Shown here: positions 62,672 through 64,000 of the stretch, piece by piece
Layout of the letters: each line of letters opens with the position of its first letter
Position numbering within the stretch: position 1 is the stretch's first letter
Assembly (NCBI RefSeq): GCF_016433145.1
Contig: NC_058131.1
Coordinates: 77,073,454 to 77,137,453, forward strand
Length of the DNA: 64,000 nt
Source: Gracilinanus agilis
Lineage: Eukaryota
Reading direction: 5' to 3'
Program-made: the position numbers and the translations under genes
The notes under the pieces: generated by a model
Databases searched by the model: none
What the model was told of the DNA's origin: nothing
What the model saw: the letters and a program-made list of their open reading frames with translations, nothing else

Positions 62672-64000
62672 TGTAAGTGGAATCTTGCACAGAGGGAGAT
62701 GGAATGTTGCAGAGAGAAACTTGAAGGACAAGAGAGGCAGTTGGAAGGGAAAGACTTCTGGGAAAGGAACTGTAACAGGGAAAAAGACCAATTTATTCAG
62801 GAGACTAGATCAAATCCCAATCTAATATCTTGGCCAGAACAATGGCAAGACTTAGAATTATCTAACAACCAGAACCTATCATATTTAAGAAGGGCAAAGG
62901 AAGATCTAATCTAGGCAATGAAACTATTCTCAGAGTGCCCTGATACTTGGGGACATTTTGAAAAGTTAAAACAAGAACTTGGAGAGCATTCATCTCGATA
63001 GGGTAGTTGAGTCAACCAAAAATATCTTAGTATTTCAGGACGTTAGTGAACAAAATCTCCAACACATCAGTCATCAGGAGACAATTTGTTAAGGGGAGCA
63101 GCCTACTCATAAAGAACTACTTTAGTTTACATTGCCCAGAGTGGGAAACATTTGATCTGGAAGATTTAAGGCACACATATATATATATATATGTCACAAA
63201 GAAAAGTTTAAATGAAAAGGATGAGATAATAAAGGAGCTTAAAGAACAACTTAAAGAAGCAAATAGCACAATTAAACAAAAAGAGATTGATGAAATTATA
63301 AACTTAGCTACTTTGCAAGCATTCAAATCCAAGAGAGATTTCCAACAAAACAGGCAGAGAAGCAATTTGTCCAAGTGTTTTTTATGTGGCAACAGGGACA
63401 CATAGTTCGTAATTACAATATAAAAGCACAATTAGACTTGGAAAAATAACAACAACACAACATACAACAACAACAAACAAACTCACACAGTGTTGCAATC
63501 ACAATGGTACAAGTTCCATGCAAGTTCCTAACTTAAACACTATGCAGAAATACAACTGGCAGGGTGAAAAGACAAAATTTTTGTCAGTAGTTTCAGGAGC
63601 AGCAAGAAATTCTCAGCTATGAAACTATATACTAGATCTAGCAGAAATAAACAATGATGGGAATGGAAATGGGAAAAATGAGATGGAGGAAAATTTCATT
63701 GAAATAGAATTAGTGGGTTCAAAAAGAAAACACAAAACTAAAGAATAGGAGGATGAAGAAATTCAAATGCAAGCTGATGTGGAGGAAATCAGGTGTAATG
63801 TTTTGGGAACAGTGGGAAAATATACAAAGAAAGAAGGGAATGGAGATATTGGTACAAACTCTAGAGCACAAACAGCAAACTTGCAAGTAAACAATGATTT
63901 AGAAAGCAAAGCATACAAAGGAATAGTTTCTGGTAACAGTGAATTGCAACATTTCTCAGCACAAAACAGAAGTAACATAGCAGAAGGGAAAAACTAAATT
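62672..64000 (+). mobile_element. Second class I ERV remnant: possible LTR piece, gag CA-NC and post-gag spacer; runs off the right edge
   Basis: FIQETRSNPNLISWPEQWQ...TWGHFEKLKQ...HCPEWETFDLEDLR...CFLCGNR, homologous to the 45790-46950 gag. Confidence 0.8.

Noticed and set aside
1-64000. CRISPR arrays, rRNA, tRNA genes or prokaryotic systems
   Set aside because: None seen; the tRNA-like boxes present belong to SINE heads

Overview
AT-rich marsupial genomic DNA (MAR1 and SINE1_Mdo-type SINEs and L1_Mdo-type 3' ends point to an opossum-like didelphid) from a class II olfactory receptor (OR) cluster. It holds four OR coding regions. Two are identical 315-aa OR1N-like genes (13688-14635 and 34333-35280, minus) inside a ~20.5 kb head-to-tail tandem duplication with patchy identity, including a 3760-bp tract that looks 100% identical. 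The other two are diverged paralogues (1-376 minus, partial; 59172-60111 plus) that both lack an N-terminal ATG and share a positionally conserved phase-2 splice acceptor. The rest is mostly retroelements: L1 nests, L2, CR1/L3, SINEs, solo LTRs, an env TM remnant, and a decayed class I ERV (40868-46984, minus). That ERV has an Asn-rich heptad spacer between gag and protease, an inverted U5-PBS-leader cassette inside gag, and an RTE-derived insert beside the RT catalytic motif. A related gag remnant lies at the right end. All alignments were done by eye; family names are from recall and were not checked against any database.
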